Of a DNA stretch of 64,000 nt, positions 27,416 to 40,020 are shown piece after piece (position 1 is the stretch's first letter; each line of letters opens with the position of its first letter). Source of the stretch: Octopus vulgaris (taxonomy: Eukaryota); the NCBI GenBank assembly GCA_951406725.2, contig OX597815.1, positions 101,990,001 to 102,054,000 of the forward strand, written 5' to 3'. Position numbers and translations under genes: made by a program. Under the pieces are notes generated by a model. That model ran no database searches. It saw nothing but the letters and a program-made list of their open reading frames with translations, and had not been told where the DNA came from.

Positions 27416-28705
27416 TTGATTACAAAACGGCGTTTGATAGGATCCCCACACATGGATCCTCAAACCTTAGCCATTAATAAAGTTGCACCAACAATTATAA
27501 AATACATAGGACACTCTATGAATAAATGGCAGACAGTGCTACAGCTCCAAACAAAAGAGGGACTTGTGAAAACCAAAGCCATCCCCATTAGAAGAGGAAT
27601 ATTCCAGGGAGACACGCTCTCTCCACTCCTTTTCTGCTTGGCACTGTCACCTCTATCGGATATGCTAAACAGAACTGGATGCGGATATAAATGTTACGGC
27701 AAAAAGATCAGCCACCTTTTATATATGGATGACCTAAAACTATACGCCACAAATGACAAACAGCTGGAAACATTACTAAAGACAGTTCATGGATTTACCA
27801 AAGAAATAGATATGAAATTTGGATTGGAGAAATGCGCCAAAGTAACCCTGAAAAGAGGCAAACTAGTTAAGAGTAGCAACATCACACTAGATAAAACCAA
27901 TGAAATAAGAGAATTAGACCAAAGCCAAACTTACAAATACTTAGGAATCCATGAACTAGATAAGACACAACACACACAAATGAAAGAGAAAATAAAAAAA
28001 GAATATTATAGACGAGTTAGATCAATACTGAAAACAGAGCTCAATGCTAAAAACAAGATAATAGGTATCAACACTTTAGCCGTCCCAGTTATAAGTTACA
28101 GCTACAATATCCTTAACTGGACACGAAATAGACTGACCAAAATAGATAGGAAAACAAGAAAAATAATGACAGGATCTAGGATGCATCACCCAAAATCTGA
28201 CATAGAAAGACTATATATACAACGTATAGATGGTGGTAGAGGCCTTATACAGCTGGAAAACTATTATAAAATAACCACCAGAGGACTGCAAAAATATCTA
28301 CTTCAGAATGAAGGAAAACTGATACAAATAGCGGCAAAACACGAGCAAAACAAAAAACTGTTCTCAGTATTTAAGGAAGCTGACAAATACAAACAAGAAA
28401 TCATACCACCTAACAAATATGAAGAAGAAGAAGAAGAAGAAGAAGAAGAAGAAGAAGAAGAAGAAGAAGAAGAAGAAGAAGAAGAAGAAGAAGAAGAAGA
28501 AGAAGAAGAAGAAGAAGAAGAAGAAGAAGAAGAAGAAGAAGAAGAAGAAGAAGAAGAAGAAGAAGAAGAAGAAGAAGAAGAAGAAGAAGAAGAAGAAGAA
28601 ACAACAAAAGCTATAAAACAAATGAAATCCAAACTAAAAATAGAACAGCAACGAACCATGATAAAACGATGCAAGAAAACGCCTTCATGGCAAATACTGG
28701 ACTAA
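27416..28705 (+). pseudogene. Largest open segment of the Dong/R4 reverse transcriptase
   Basis: 429-aa ORF with RT motifs; frameshifted at both ends. Confidence 0.9.
28421..28600 (+). repeat. (GAA)60, in frame as poly-Glu within the LINE ORF
   Basis: 180-bp uninterrupted tract. Confidence 0.95.
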
Positions 28706-29550
28706 ACTAAATGCAAAAGAAATAGACAAAGAAAAATCCCAGCAATGGTTGAGAAGCTCAGGACTCAAAGCAGAGACAGAAGGATTTTTAATTGCAGCAC
28801 AAGACCAAAGCCTCCCCACCAGAAATTACGAAAAACACGCAATGAAAAGAAATATAACAAGTAACTGCAGAATATGTGGAGATGGACAAGAAACAATAAA
28901 TCATATTATCTCTGGCTGCCCAGTCCTGGCTAAGAAGGAATATATTCACAGACATGACAGATTTGGGACCTATATACACTGGAAGCTATGCCAACATTAT
29001 GAAATAACAACAGAAAAAAGATGGTATAGGCACACACCAGAAAAAGTCACAGAAAACGAGAAAGCAACCATACTCTGGGATATGCCAATACACACAGATA
29101 GAGAAATTAATGCCAACAGACCAGATATAGTTGTCAGAGATCCTGAAGAAAAAAATGCTTTCTAATTGATGTATCAATACCGGCTGATGACAACGTGTCT
29201 CTAAAAGAAATGGAGAAACTCTCAAAATACAAAGATCTGGAAATAGAGGTAACCAGAATGTGGAATCTAAAAACAGAAACAATTCTTATCATAATAGGTG
29301 CATTAGGCATGATAAAAAAATATTCAGACAAATACATAACAAAAACACCAGGACTTACAAACACATATAACATACAGAAAAGTGCATTACTATGCACTGC
29401 ACACATCCTACGCAGAACACTTTCCATACAGTAACCATCAGAGCACCACAACAAATCACAGCACATACCCAAGGAACACAGAGCTGCGCTCGGTAGTGAA
29501 GTGAAAGCACGCTATAAAAAATATACTACTGAATAATAATAATAATAATA

Positions 29551-29642
<92 letters not shown>

Positions 29643-29648
<6 letters not shown>

Positions 29649-30139
29649 GAAAACAGATGGGCGAGGCACATGCCAAAAAAGGTCACAGAATATGAGAAAG
29701 CAACCATACTCTAGGATATGTCAATACACATAGAATTTAAGGCCAATAGGCCGGATATATTTGTCAGAGATCACCAAGGAAAACGTTTTCTAATCGATGA
29801 CAATGTTTCTCTAATAGAAACAGAAAAACTTTCAAAATACAAAGATTTGGAAATAGAGGTAATTCGAATATGGAGTCTAAAAGCAGAAACAACTCCTCTC
29901 ATAGTAGGCGCATTAGGTATGACAAAAAATATTCAGATAAATACATAACAAAAACACCAGGACTAATAAGTATATATAACATACAGAAAATATCACTACT
30001 AGGCACTGCACACATCCTACGTAATCGCTTTCAATAGAGTAAAAGTAAGTGCATCACAACAAACCACAGCACATACCCAAGGCACACAGAGTTGCGCTCG
30101 GTAGTGCAGTGAAAGCACATGATAAGAATAAGACTACTG
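29643..30139 (+). mobile_element. Second 5'-truncated Dong/R4 copy (RLE end and 3' UTR)
   Basis: Diverged copy of ~29003-29531, ending in TACTG-(AAT)n. Confidence 0.88.
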
Positions 30140-30488
30140 AATAATAATAATAAAAATAATGATAATAATTATTGTAAAACATAGAGATTATGAAACAGCC
30201 TTTATCCCAAGGATGTCAAGTGGTTAAATAATTTAATTACTATCTTACCTTCTCACTTTTATGGTTAATTTTCTTCATGAAAAAAATTCATACATCGGAT
30301 TTGAAATTTAGCTGCATGGGACTCTGCCTTATACCCCTGCGTAATCTTATTGGATTTCTCAGTAGTCTGTTAGCCAAGTCCATTAGAGGAGCTTCCTCTG
30401 AAAGCCACATGATTCTATGAAACCATATATCAGACTACAAACACAAACAAATATATATACACATAAATGCAAGCATACATGCATATAC

Positions 30489-30550
<62 letters not shown>

Positions 30551-30859
30551 GTTGGTAAATGGAATAAGTATAAAAATGAATCTTTTCAATCTTTTCAATT
30601 TAACTAAATTCTATATGCAGATGAAGATTGCTCTACATTTTAAAACTGATGTTATACTTGCATTGTTTAATTAAATGGAGTCGCACGAAATGATTGTACT
30701 GCTTTACCTTTGGATATCCTTGTTGCTTATTTTGATTATAATCACCCCATTTTGAATTATATGGATGATACCATACCAAATTCTGGTGCCTTTAACTTAA
30801 GTACCATATTCAACTGAATCTAAATTTTTACTGAACTTATATATATATATATTTATTTA

Positions 30860-30890
<31 letters not shown>

Positions 30891-30910
30891 GTATGCATAC
30901 ATGCATGCAT

Positions 30911-30953
<43 letters not shown>

Positions 30954-31253
30954 TATCAATAAGACATTTTAACGGAATGTGATGACTGCGTATATGATGA
31001 AGGGAACACTAGTAATTTTTTTTTTAAACCGTTAGTAGATATAACGTCAAAGGTAGTTTATAGAAAGAAAAGGAGGATGAAGAAAGAAATTTGCAGAAAA
31101 CTAATAGTAGAGAGATATAGAGCGATAGCTGAATAGGAATAAAGCTTAAAGGCATGGTAGTGGAAATGTAAAAAGTCAGTCAAAGGTCGAATTTTATAGA
31201 ATAGTAGAAATCGCTTACAGGAACTAAAGATATGTATATGTATGTATATACTA

Positions 31254-31396
<143 letters not shown>

Positions 31397-31623
31397 AAGG
31401 TGGAAAATACTAAAATATAAAAAAACATTTTAGTATCGGTTTCGCTCATTGAGACGTTTTCAATTCTCAGTATGGAAAACAAATTTGGGAAAAATAAAAT
31501 TTTGGGAAAATTAAATGAAAAGTTTTTTAAAAGAATATTTGCATAGTATTCAAAAAGAAGGGCATTTTCCTTGTTTCTGCCTGTCTCTGTTTCTCTCGTT
31601 TACTCTTGTAGGGTCAAGGTAGT

Positions 31624-31656
<33 letters not shown>

Positions 31657-31759
31657 ATGTATGTATGTATGTATGTATGTATGTACTTGGTTCTGGCTCC
31701 TCTGTACACTCTAATCCAGTACAAACCATCATAGAGAGTGATGTTAAGGGGATCTGCCA

Positions 31760-32560
31760 GCTATACAGGAGTAAATCCTGGAACAGCACAGTAAGGTTGG
31801 GAATATAGTGTATAGCTTACGATGAACTGAGAGACGGTGCAGAATCATGTCAACTACTTATATTGGAGAGACAGCGCGCAGCATAGGGGAGCGTATACAT
31901 GAACACTGGTGAGAGCTCAAAGAAGAGAGATGCTCATCAGGGCTCTACCAACATGCTCAAGCAGAACATAGAGGCTCGGTTAATAGCAAAGAGGTTAAGG
32001 TATTAACAATACATAGAACTGGTATGACGCTTAGACAGATCACAGAGGCTACACACATAGCACTAGACACCGAGCCTCAACAGAAGACAGGAATGGAACA
32101 ATAAACACTCACCATCACTCCACTCAGTATGACGACTAAAGACAGAAGGGAGAAAAAAACTCAGATACAGTGTAATGCACACATACAACAGACAAATATG
32201 CACACACCTATGATAAATATAATTGATAGAGATAAAAAAAAAATTGTATAAAGGGCACGGAAATCAACGACATAGAAAAAGAACCCATGTAGGGGCTGAG
32301 GAGAGGGTCATAGTGCTATTAAGAACAATGACACACACACACACGCACACACATACACACAGACGCAAACGCATGTGCATATTAGGGTACATATCATTGA
32401 AGAACTAAATGGAATAAGTGGAGGAAGAGCACACACGAACCGGAAAGTGTTGCTGAAGAGGTCAAAGATGTGTGACGAAAGATTTCCCAAAAATGAACAT
32501 GAGTTTGGATAAGAACAGTAATAAACGAATGAAGAAAGAATATAAAGTGCATGTGTTTAT
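31760..32560 (+). mobile_element. Penelope-like element remnant with GIY-YIG endonuclease
   Basis: NIVYSLR*TERRCRIMSTTYIGETARSIGERIHEHW* from ~31802, then RQITEATHI and LNRRQEW. Confidence 0.85.
32450..32490 (+). ncRNA. Minimal hammerhead motif downstream of the GIY-YIG remnant
   Basis: UUG-CUGAAGA-G-GUCA aagaugug UGAC-GAAA-GAUU-UC-cCAA; stem I is imperfect. Confidence 0.55.
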
Positions 32561-32640
32561 TTGGAAAAAAAAAATGAGCGTCCCGAAATACAACAAAGTG
32601 TTTCCAGACACGGTTTCACATCAGGAATCTTGCATCACAA

Positions 32641-32768
<128 letters not shown>

Positions 32769-32789
32769 CTTTGATACGTTTCGGACAGA

Positions 32790-33250
32790 ATTGGTCCAAG
32801 TCGTGTCTAACTGAGATAGTTCCACCTGGCGTAGTCATTCAAATAAGGAATCCGACAACATGGCCCACTCGAGTAGAGAGTTATTGTTTACGGAGACATA
32901 TCCGGGTGTATGAAGTTTATTCAGGATTTCTTGAAGGAATTTCTCGAAACACTTCTTGAACTTTATGGGGTCTGTTTCTGCTTTAATGCGTTTTGGTGTA
33001 ATGTTAATGAGAGCGGGGCCAATTGAGGTGAAATAATTGTGCAATATTGTTGTTATAATATGCGAGTGGGGTTTATGTTGTGGGGGATAGCACGGGGCCC
33101 AAGTCTTGGGTGTATCTTAAAGGTGATGCCAACACCATTTGGGCAATGCTGATGGAATATTTTCCACATTATGTAGGTGATGTAGCGCTCACGGCGCGTT
33201 GGAGAGAATAAGGCTTGAGCTTTTCTAGTCGACCCCAATAGTCAAGGCCT
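32790..33250 (-). mobile_element. 3' fragment of a CR1/L2-group LINE
   Basis: RRERYITYIMWKI, HPRLG and GPALINITPKRI...FKKCFEKFL blocks. Confidence 0.75.
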
Positions 33251-34089
33251 GTCATGGTCATCTATCATATCTGTGTATGCATTTATGTGTGTCTGTGTAT
33301 AAATATATATATGTGTATATAGATATATAATATATATACATAAACACGTATGCATACATATATATATATGCATACATACATACACAAACGCGCGCGCATA
33401 CGCAAACAGTTTTATAAACAGGTGCAAAGCTAAAAATGTCACCTGTTGCATAGATGGAATCTCAAAACATCGAATGACAGCAAAATCAGTAAGTGTCATG
33501 TATGACACCGCACGCAGTAAAGAGTTATAGTATTTTAACTGGCATGAATGAGTGTGTGAGGGTACGATCATATTTTCAGGGTAAATGTGACACCAAGCAA
33601 GTTTACCTGCTTTCCTCAACTGACAAGAAACATACTTTATCCTTCCCTCCTTTCTTAAAATTGCTGATTCATGTAAACTGTTCTATGCTAACGTAAAACC
33701 ACTCTCTTAGTTTCTGTTGTTCCGTTTATTTAAGATACTGTTTGAAATCTCGCACCTGGGTAAACTCATTTTTCCTCAATAAAAAGGTTTCCATTTCTTC
33801 TTTCTTACTTTTTTTTGTTTTGCTTAAGTCATTGGACTGCGTCAATGCTGGAGCATCACTTTGAAGGCTTTAGTCGAACAAATCGAGCCATCTGCTTATT
33901 TTTCCTAATTTTTCCATTGTTTTTATCTTCCCCCTTTGACGGACTGCTTAAATTCAAGTATGTAAACAATTCAATACCGATTATAATATATATATTATCC
34001 GAAATGTACAGTATTATGTATCCATCACAGCTGATCTTATCAATCAGTTTCACACACGTAATACAATGGAGTGTTAGGTAACAATCCGA

Positions 34090-34179
34090 TTATATAACCT
34101 TATGCTCATCAGAGTTAGCCGATATGGAAAGGAATTCCCTTCCATATCGGCTAACTCTGATGAGCATAAAGTTATATAA
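34090..34179. repeat. Near-perfect 90-bp palindrome centred on GGAATTCC, with CTGATGA in each arm
   Basis: Directly visible, about two mismatches; abuts the LINE 3' end. Confidence 0.9.
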
Positions 34180-36420
34180 CCCTGACGTGAGGTACGCTCA
34201 TCTGGAACCCTTAACAGGAGAAGGTCTAGTTTTATTATGAAGACACCTACATCCACGCCATGCAGGTTTCTCAAACATTTTGGAAAGGAATTGAAGAATT
34301 GTGGGTACTTGAAACCCAAGTTGTTACGGTATCAGGTCTTGTATTTTGATGTAGATGGTGAGATCTTTGGCACTCTGCAGTGGTGCCCCGTCATGCTATT
34401 TGCGTAACTTTCAATGCCAAAGTTTATTACAAGATCTTCCAAGATTTCCCGGTGTATATCACTGCATATCTTTCCCTCCTTCGTTCTAGGGAGAAGAATA
34501 TTAACTCTTTCAGCTTTTCCCAGTGGCTGATACGTTGCATTGAGACGGTTTTCTTTGTGTAGCTTCGTTGGATTGCTTCGAGTTCCACCGTTAATTTTAT
34601 ACTGTGTATTGACCTTAGGAAGGAGCAGTAGTCCAAGCGGCTGAGGACGTACATTCTCCAAAGAACCATCATAGTTTTCATTTCTCTCGTTCTGAAAGCT
34701 CGGAGGATCCATCCAGCTACCCGTCTGCATATTATTACCAAATTAGCAATATGCACCTGGAAAGATGCATCATTACTCATGTCAACGTCCAGGTCACGCA
34801 CTGATTTTGATTCAGGGATTGCAATTCCTCCTGAGCCAGTGTATCCTGTCTGCATGTCGTTCAGCTTTGTGTGTTGGTAGCGCAGGGCTTGGAATTTTCC
34901 TGTGTTAAACTGCATGTTATTGTCCTCAGATGTGTAATATTTCCAGGGTTCTGAATTGTCTGAGAGACTTTTGTGTCGTCTGCATAGCTAGCATGGGTGG
35001 CTAGCTGAGCAGCTGAGGGTATGTCTGAGAGGGCCATTATAAATAGCATTGGCCCTAGGACAGTGCCCTGTGGAACACTACTTACTATTTGTGTTTCCTT
35101 TGAGGTGGCTCCATTGGCCACCACTGTCTGATACCTATTTTTTAGAAAGTCGTGTAGCCAGCCACTCCAAGTTTTCAGACTATGCCGAGGTCACGCAATT
35201 TATGGCATATCATACCATTGTCGGCTTTATCAAAGGCTTTTGCAAAGACGAGATATATCACATTCACACTTGAGTAGTTTAGCAGCTGCTTTACACCCAG
35301 TCATACTGTTGTAAGAGCTGTGTCAGGCAGCTTCTACCTGGTCGTAAACCATGCTGAGTGTCCGTTATCAAGTCATTCTCTTCAAAGAACGCGATTAGTT
35401 TCTTGCAGACTATGCGTCCCATGACTTTGCTGATGTGTATGGTCAGAGAGATATAAATTTTAACATCTGCTTTGCTTCTACTTTTGTGGATAGGCAGTTT
35501 TCCTTCATTCAATTTACCTGAGAACTTACCACTTGCAAGAAAGCTCTGGAAAAGAAGCTGCAGTGGTTTTGCAAAGGGTCGTTTACACGATTTGAGAAGG
35601 ATTGCTGGGAATCCATCAGGACCGACAGCTGAGTTTGTGTCTACCTCATCTATGGCCAGTGTTACATCTTTAATGTCGAAGTAATCAAATTTCGCCTCTA
35701 TGGTCAGGTAAAGTGGCAAAATCTCTACTGGTTTTTTCAGTTGCCTGCGTCCCAGAGGACTCGTGAACACACTTTGGAACTGTTCGTTCAATATTTCATT
35801 TATCTTCATTGGGTTTCCTGTGTGGGAGGCATCTTTTTGAAAGAGGAGCCCTACATTGTACCGTACTGAGTCTGTTTCCTTGGTAAAGTTAAAGAAAGCT
35901 TTAGGGTTTGACTTAATATTTTCTATAACCCACGCTTCCTTATCTGCTCTCTCTTTTTCGGGAGATTGATGCAGACTTTTCTCAATTTCCACCAGCGCTC
36001 TCTTCAGGCGGGATTTTTCATAACTTTTGATGTGTTTGTTCAGGCGGTTCGTAATCTTTGTTCGTCATCTCTTAAGAATTTTGTTTTTGTGTATGTTTGC
36101 CTTGTGTTCTGGGACAGACTCTTCACACATGGCTTATGTTATTGCTATGAAATGTTTGTGGTTCATGTCAATGTCTGGTGTGCGGAGACATTTAGGCCAA
36201 TCCTGTCCGAGAATCGACCCCCATTTAGCTTTGTGAAAGTTGAGACTAGAAAGATTTCGAGTGCTTCGTATAGGCTGTTCGTCTTCAGGGGTTTTTGGTT
36301 CATACATAATCAGATCTATTGTGTTGTGATTCGAGACTAGTGTCGGTGACACTTTTTTTTGCAAGGGTGAAAGTGGTAGTGGTAACAAGAACAGGACAGT
36401 AAGAACAAAACAGGTAAGCT
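34180..36420 (-). mobile_element. CR1/L2-group LINE ORF2 remnant (end of APE + RT), pseudogenised
   Basis: SNHN, NFHKAKW, GPDGFP, QHGLRPGRSCLTQLL, VPQGTVLGPMLF, YADDTK and SLERRRERY across frameshifted ORFs. Confidence 0.9.
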
Positions 36421-36508
36421 GGTTTGGTCTTGGTGAAGATAGTAGTCGGAAAGATGGCTACCCTCTGATCACGTATCAACGACGAGAGAGTCTCGGAGGA
36501 GAGGAGTA

Positions 36509-36543
<35 letters not shown>

Positions 36544-36749
36544 GATAAATCTCAGAGCGAGTTATAAACAGTAGCGGTAACACATCGTGACGCATATTTG
36601 CCATTTGAATATGGCTAACCCCTAAGGGTGGATGCTACTGTAGTTTGTAGCCCCAGGAAGATACCTCCTCCAGCTGGCTATAGACACACTATCTATGCCC
36701 TATCAGTATTTGTGAAGAGAAGTCATCCTTCCATCTTCAACTTATGATA

Positions 36750-36794
36750 CACACGGACTCGAGTTTCAAGGTGTTTACCTATCATCAGCGTGTG
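36750..36794 (-). ncRNA. Type I hammerhead ribozyme, identical inverted copy
   Basis: Exact reverse complement of 36861-36905. Confidence 0.85.
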
Positions 36795-36860
36795 ACAATC
36801 ATTGTTGTCGACAATCATAGTTGTGAGGGAAACTGAATTCTCGTCGACAACTATGATTTT

Positions 36861-36905
36861 CACACGCTGATGATAGGTAAACACCTTGAAACTCGAGTCC
36901 GTGTG
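36861..36905 (+). ncRNA. Type I hammerhead ribozyme
   Basis: CACACG-CUGAUGA-U-AGGU aaac ACCU-U-GAAA-CUCGAG-UC^-CGUGUG; all stems perfect, GUC cleavage triplet. Confidence 0.85.
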
Positions 36906-37067
36906 TATCATAAGTTGAAGACGGGAAGGATAACTTTCCTTCACAAATCCTGATCCGGCACATATAGTGTGTCTATAGCCAGCTGGAGGAGGTATCTTCC
37001 TGGGGCTACAAACTACAGTAGCATCCACCCTTAGGGCTAGCCATATTCAAATGGCAAATATGCGTCA

Positions 37068-37173
<106 letters not shown>

Positions 37174-37454
37174 GATAGATATTTGAAACTTATAAACATC
37201 TAATTATTAAAGTCGAAAAATTATCAGAAGAGCCATTTCTTTTCAGTTTTTCAAATATACAGTACTGTACCAAGGATCTTCTATTTCTTATTCTGGCATA
37301 TATATATACGCATAGTTTCACACACACACGCACACATGTATATACATATATGTAAGATTACACACACACGCACACACACACATATATATGTACACGTATA
37401 CGTATACATTACATACTTGGACATATGCATATGTATATATATACATAATAATGT

Positions 37455-37489
<35 letters not shown>

Positions 37490-38061
37490 GAGAGAGAGAG
37501 AGAATGAGAAAGAAAGCGTTATATAATGAATTTATACACTCACACACACATACACACACACACACCATCAAAAACAAAATAATCAATGTACTGTGTAACA
37601 TATACAACAACTAATACACACGTGTACATATATACCGCATTATACATATGCACTGTACCAGCCGCTGTATGTGGCATACACTCACTGTTCATTTCAATTC
37701 GTTCTTTATATTTATCTTATTGTGGTTCAAGTTATTCTTTGAAATATATTTGGGTATTTATGTAGGCCAGGTGGAGTTACTCAGTTCACTAAACAATACA
37801 CCGAATATATATATATGTGTGTGCGTGTGTGTGTATGTGTCTGTGTGCATGCGCCTGTGTGCATGTGTGTGTGTGTGTGTGTGTGCGTGCGTGCGTGCAT
37901 GTGTGTGCATGTGTGTGTGTGCGCGCGCGCGTGTGTAAGTATATTTAGCTTAGAGTGCTCAAAACAATCCAACTTGTAGAAAGGTGAGATTGTAAGATCG
38001 AAACACATGAAGTTATCGTTATGTGCGGATCGAATTTACTCGTAATATGAAGGAATACTAA

Positions 38062-38250
38062 GGCGACGTGCTGAAAGAAACGTTAGAACACCGGGCAAAA
38101 TACTAAAAACAGCATTTCGTCCGTCTTTACGCTCTGAGTTCAAATTCCGCCGAGGTCGACTTTGTCTCTTAGCCTACCGGAGTCGATAAAATAAGTAACC
38201 GACTTAACCCCTCCCCCGAAATTGCTGGCCTTGTACCGAAATTTGAAAGC
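38062..38250 (+). mobile_element. SINE family 1; other copies at ~39125-39290(-), 44832-45040(-), 45090-45270(+), 51098-51320(+)
   Basis: GAGTTCAAATTCCGCCGAGGTCGAC body. Confidence 0.8.
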
Positions 38251-39304
38251 AATATGAAGGAGTACTGATACAATGTTCCCTGCAGAACACATCACGCAAA
38301 ATATTAAACTTTTAAATCTTCACCTTTGTTTTGAACTTAGTTAATTGTAAGTCCATGTTTGAATGCTCTGTATGTAAAGTTGCGCCTACTAGTTTCAAGC
38401 CCAGTAAAAGGTATATAATCAGTTTTAAATACTTCTAATTTTTCAATTCTAGCTATGGAGATTTGATTCTTTGCTAGAAACACACTCTTTATTTTCTCTC
38501 TACAGGAAAGATTGAAATATTAAAAGAAGAAAGGTAATGTGCATATAGAAAGTATAATACGTACACATACATACTTTCACCAGCATACATTAAAGAGTTT
38601 ATGTCGATATCAAACAAATCTGAGTTCAATAATTCATAGAGTAGGCAAGGCTAGTTATTTCATCAGGACCGATAATTCTGAAATACAGTGCTTATATGTA
38701 CGAGAATATTTGAGGTTATTAATCCATGTCTTTCTCTCGATGATGTAGTCTAGTTGAGTAAGGTTGCCATGTGACGGCAATATATCCATAACTTCACAGT
38801 TCTAAACGCTTTGAGTAGTAGAAGCAACAAGGCTGTGCTGTTCCATTCACTGGGATTTATAAACATATTACAACCATTTCTACTACTGTTGCTCAACGCA
38901 GAGTAGGTTTTTATAGCCACTGCAATTGTGGTGAACAATAGGCTGCATTAGATGTATTTTGGAGACTTTTTGGCAGAAACACACAACACGAAACTGAAGA
39001 TCTACTAAAGCTAATAAGGGATAGATTCCTGGCACAGTGTTATAAATGAGACCGTTTGGGAAAAAGATAAGTGAAATGTGTAAAATATAATTAACTAATA
39101 ATAAATAGCGACAGAAGCAATATTGGTTTCAAATTTTGTCACAAGGTCAGGAATATCGTGGGAAGGGCTAAGTCGATTAAATCGACCCCAGTTCCGAAAG
39201 GATGAGCGGCAGAGTTAACGGCGATGGAATTTGAACTCAGAATGTAAAGGCGGACGAAATGCTTAGCGGCAATTCCGCCAGCTCGCCGCATTCGACAGAA
39301 GCAA

Positions 39305-40020
39305 TATTAATATCAAAAGGTAATATTTATCAACACTGAAATGTGGATGTTGTTTCAGAACATAGAATACTGCAACAGCTACCATGAGAAAATCTCTCAT
39401 ATGGCTTTGTGGTGCATATAAGCACTGTTATTTACATCGCTAGCAGGAGACATTCAACGCCATCGTCACCGCCAGGAATATCAGAACGTGGTTTCGGCCT
39501 CCCTTGGCTTTGTCAAGGGTAGACACTTGACCGATGGAAATGGTAGCGATTACTCCGCTAGTGAAATAAATAAACTCACAGTGCCCAATCAGACACTGGT
39601 GTCGCAAATAGCTAGTGAGTTTATTAAAAAATAATTAAAAGCAACAGAAGCAGTATTGATACCAAAAGTAATATTAATCATCACTCAAAGGTGGATGTTG
39701 TGTTAGACCACAGATAGTTACTATGAGATAGTTACTTCGATAGTTACTATGAGAAAACCTCTCATGGTTTTGTGGAGCACCATTTCCAGCGGCCAGGCAT
39801 CTACTATTGACAAGGCGAAGGAAGGTTGAAATAACACGATCTGATAGTTTTGTCGGTGGCGATGGCGGTGATTGTCTCCCGCTAGTGATGTAAACAAGAG
39901 GGCTTATATGAACCGCAAAAAAAAAACAAGAAAAAACATTTGACATATTTTCTCATGGTAACTCTCACAGTATTCTGTATTCTAACACAACAATCACTTT
40001 TAAGTGGAGATAAATATAAT
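39305..40020. mobile_element. Two old MITE-like copies in opposite orientation
   Basis: ~39335-39545 is the diverged reverse complement of ~39778-40015; ~39660-39780 directly repeats ~39305-39415. Confidence 0.55.

Larger units (their letters stand above)
26728..29531 (+). mobile_element. 5'-truncated Dong/R4-type non-LTR retrotransposon (RT + CCHC + restriction-like endonuclease), pseudogenised
   Basis: GIFQGDTLSPLLF, YMDD, CRICGDGQETINHIISGC, RHD and RPDIV motifs; several frameshifts and stops; (TAA)n on both sides. Confidence 0.92.
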
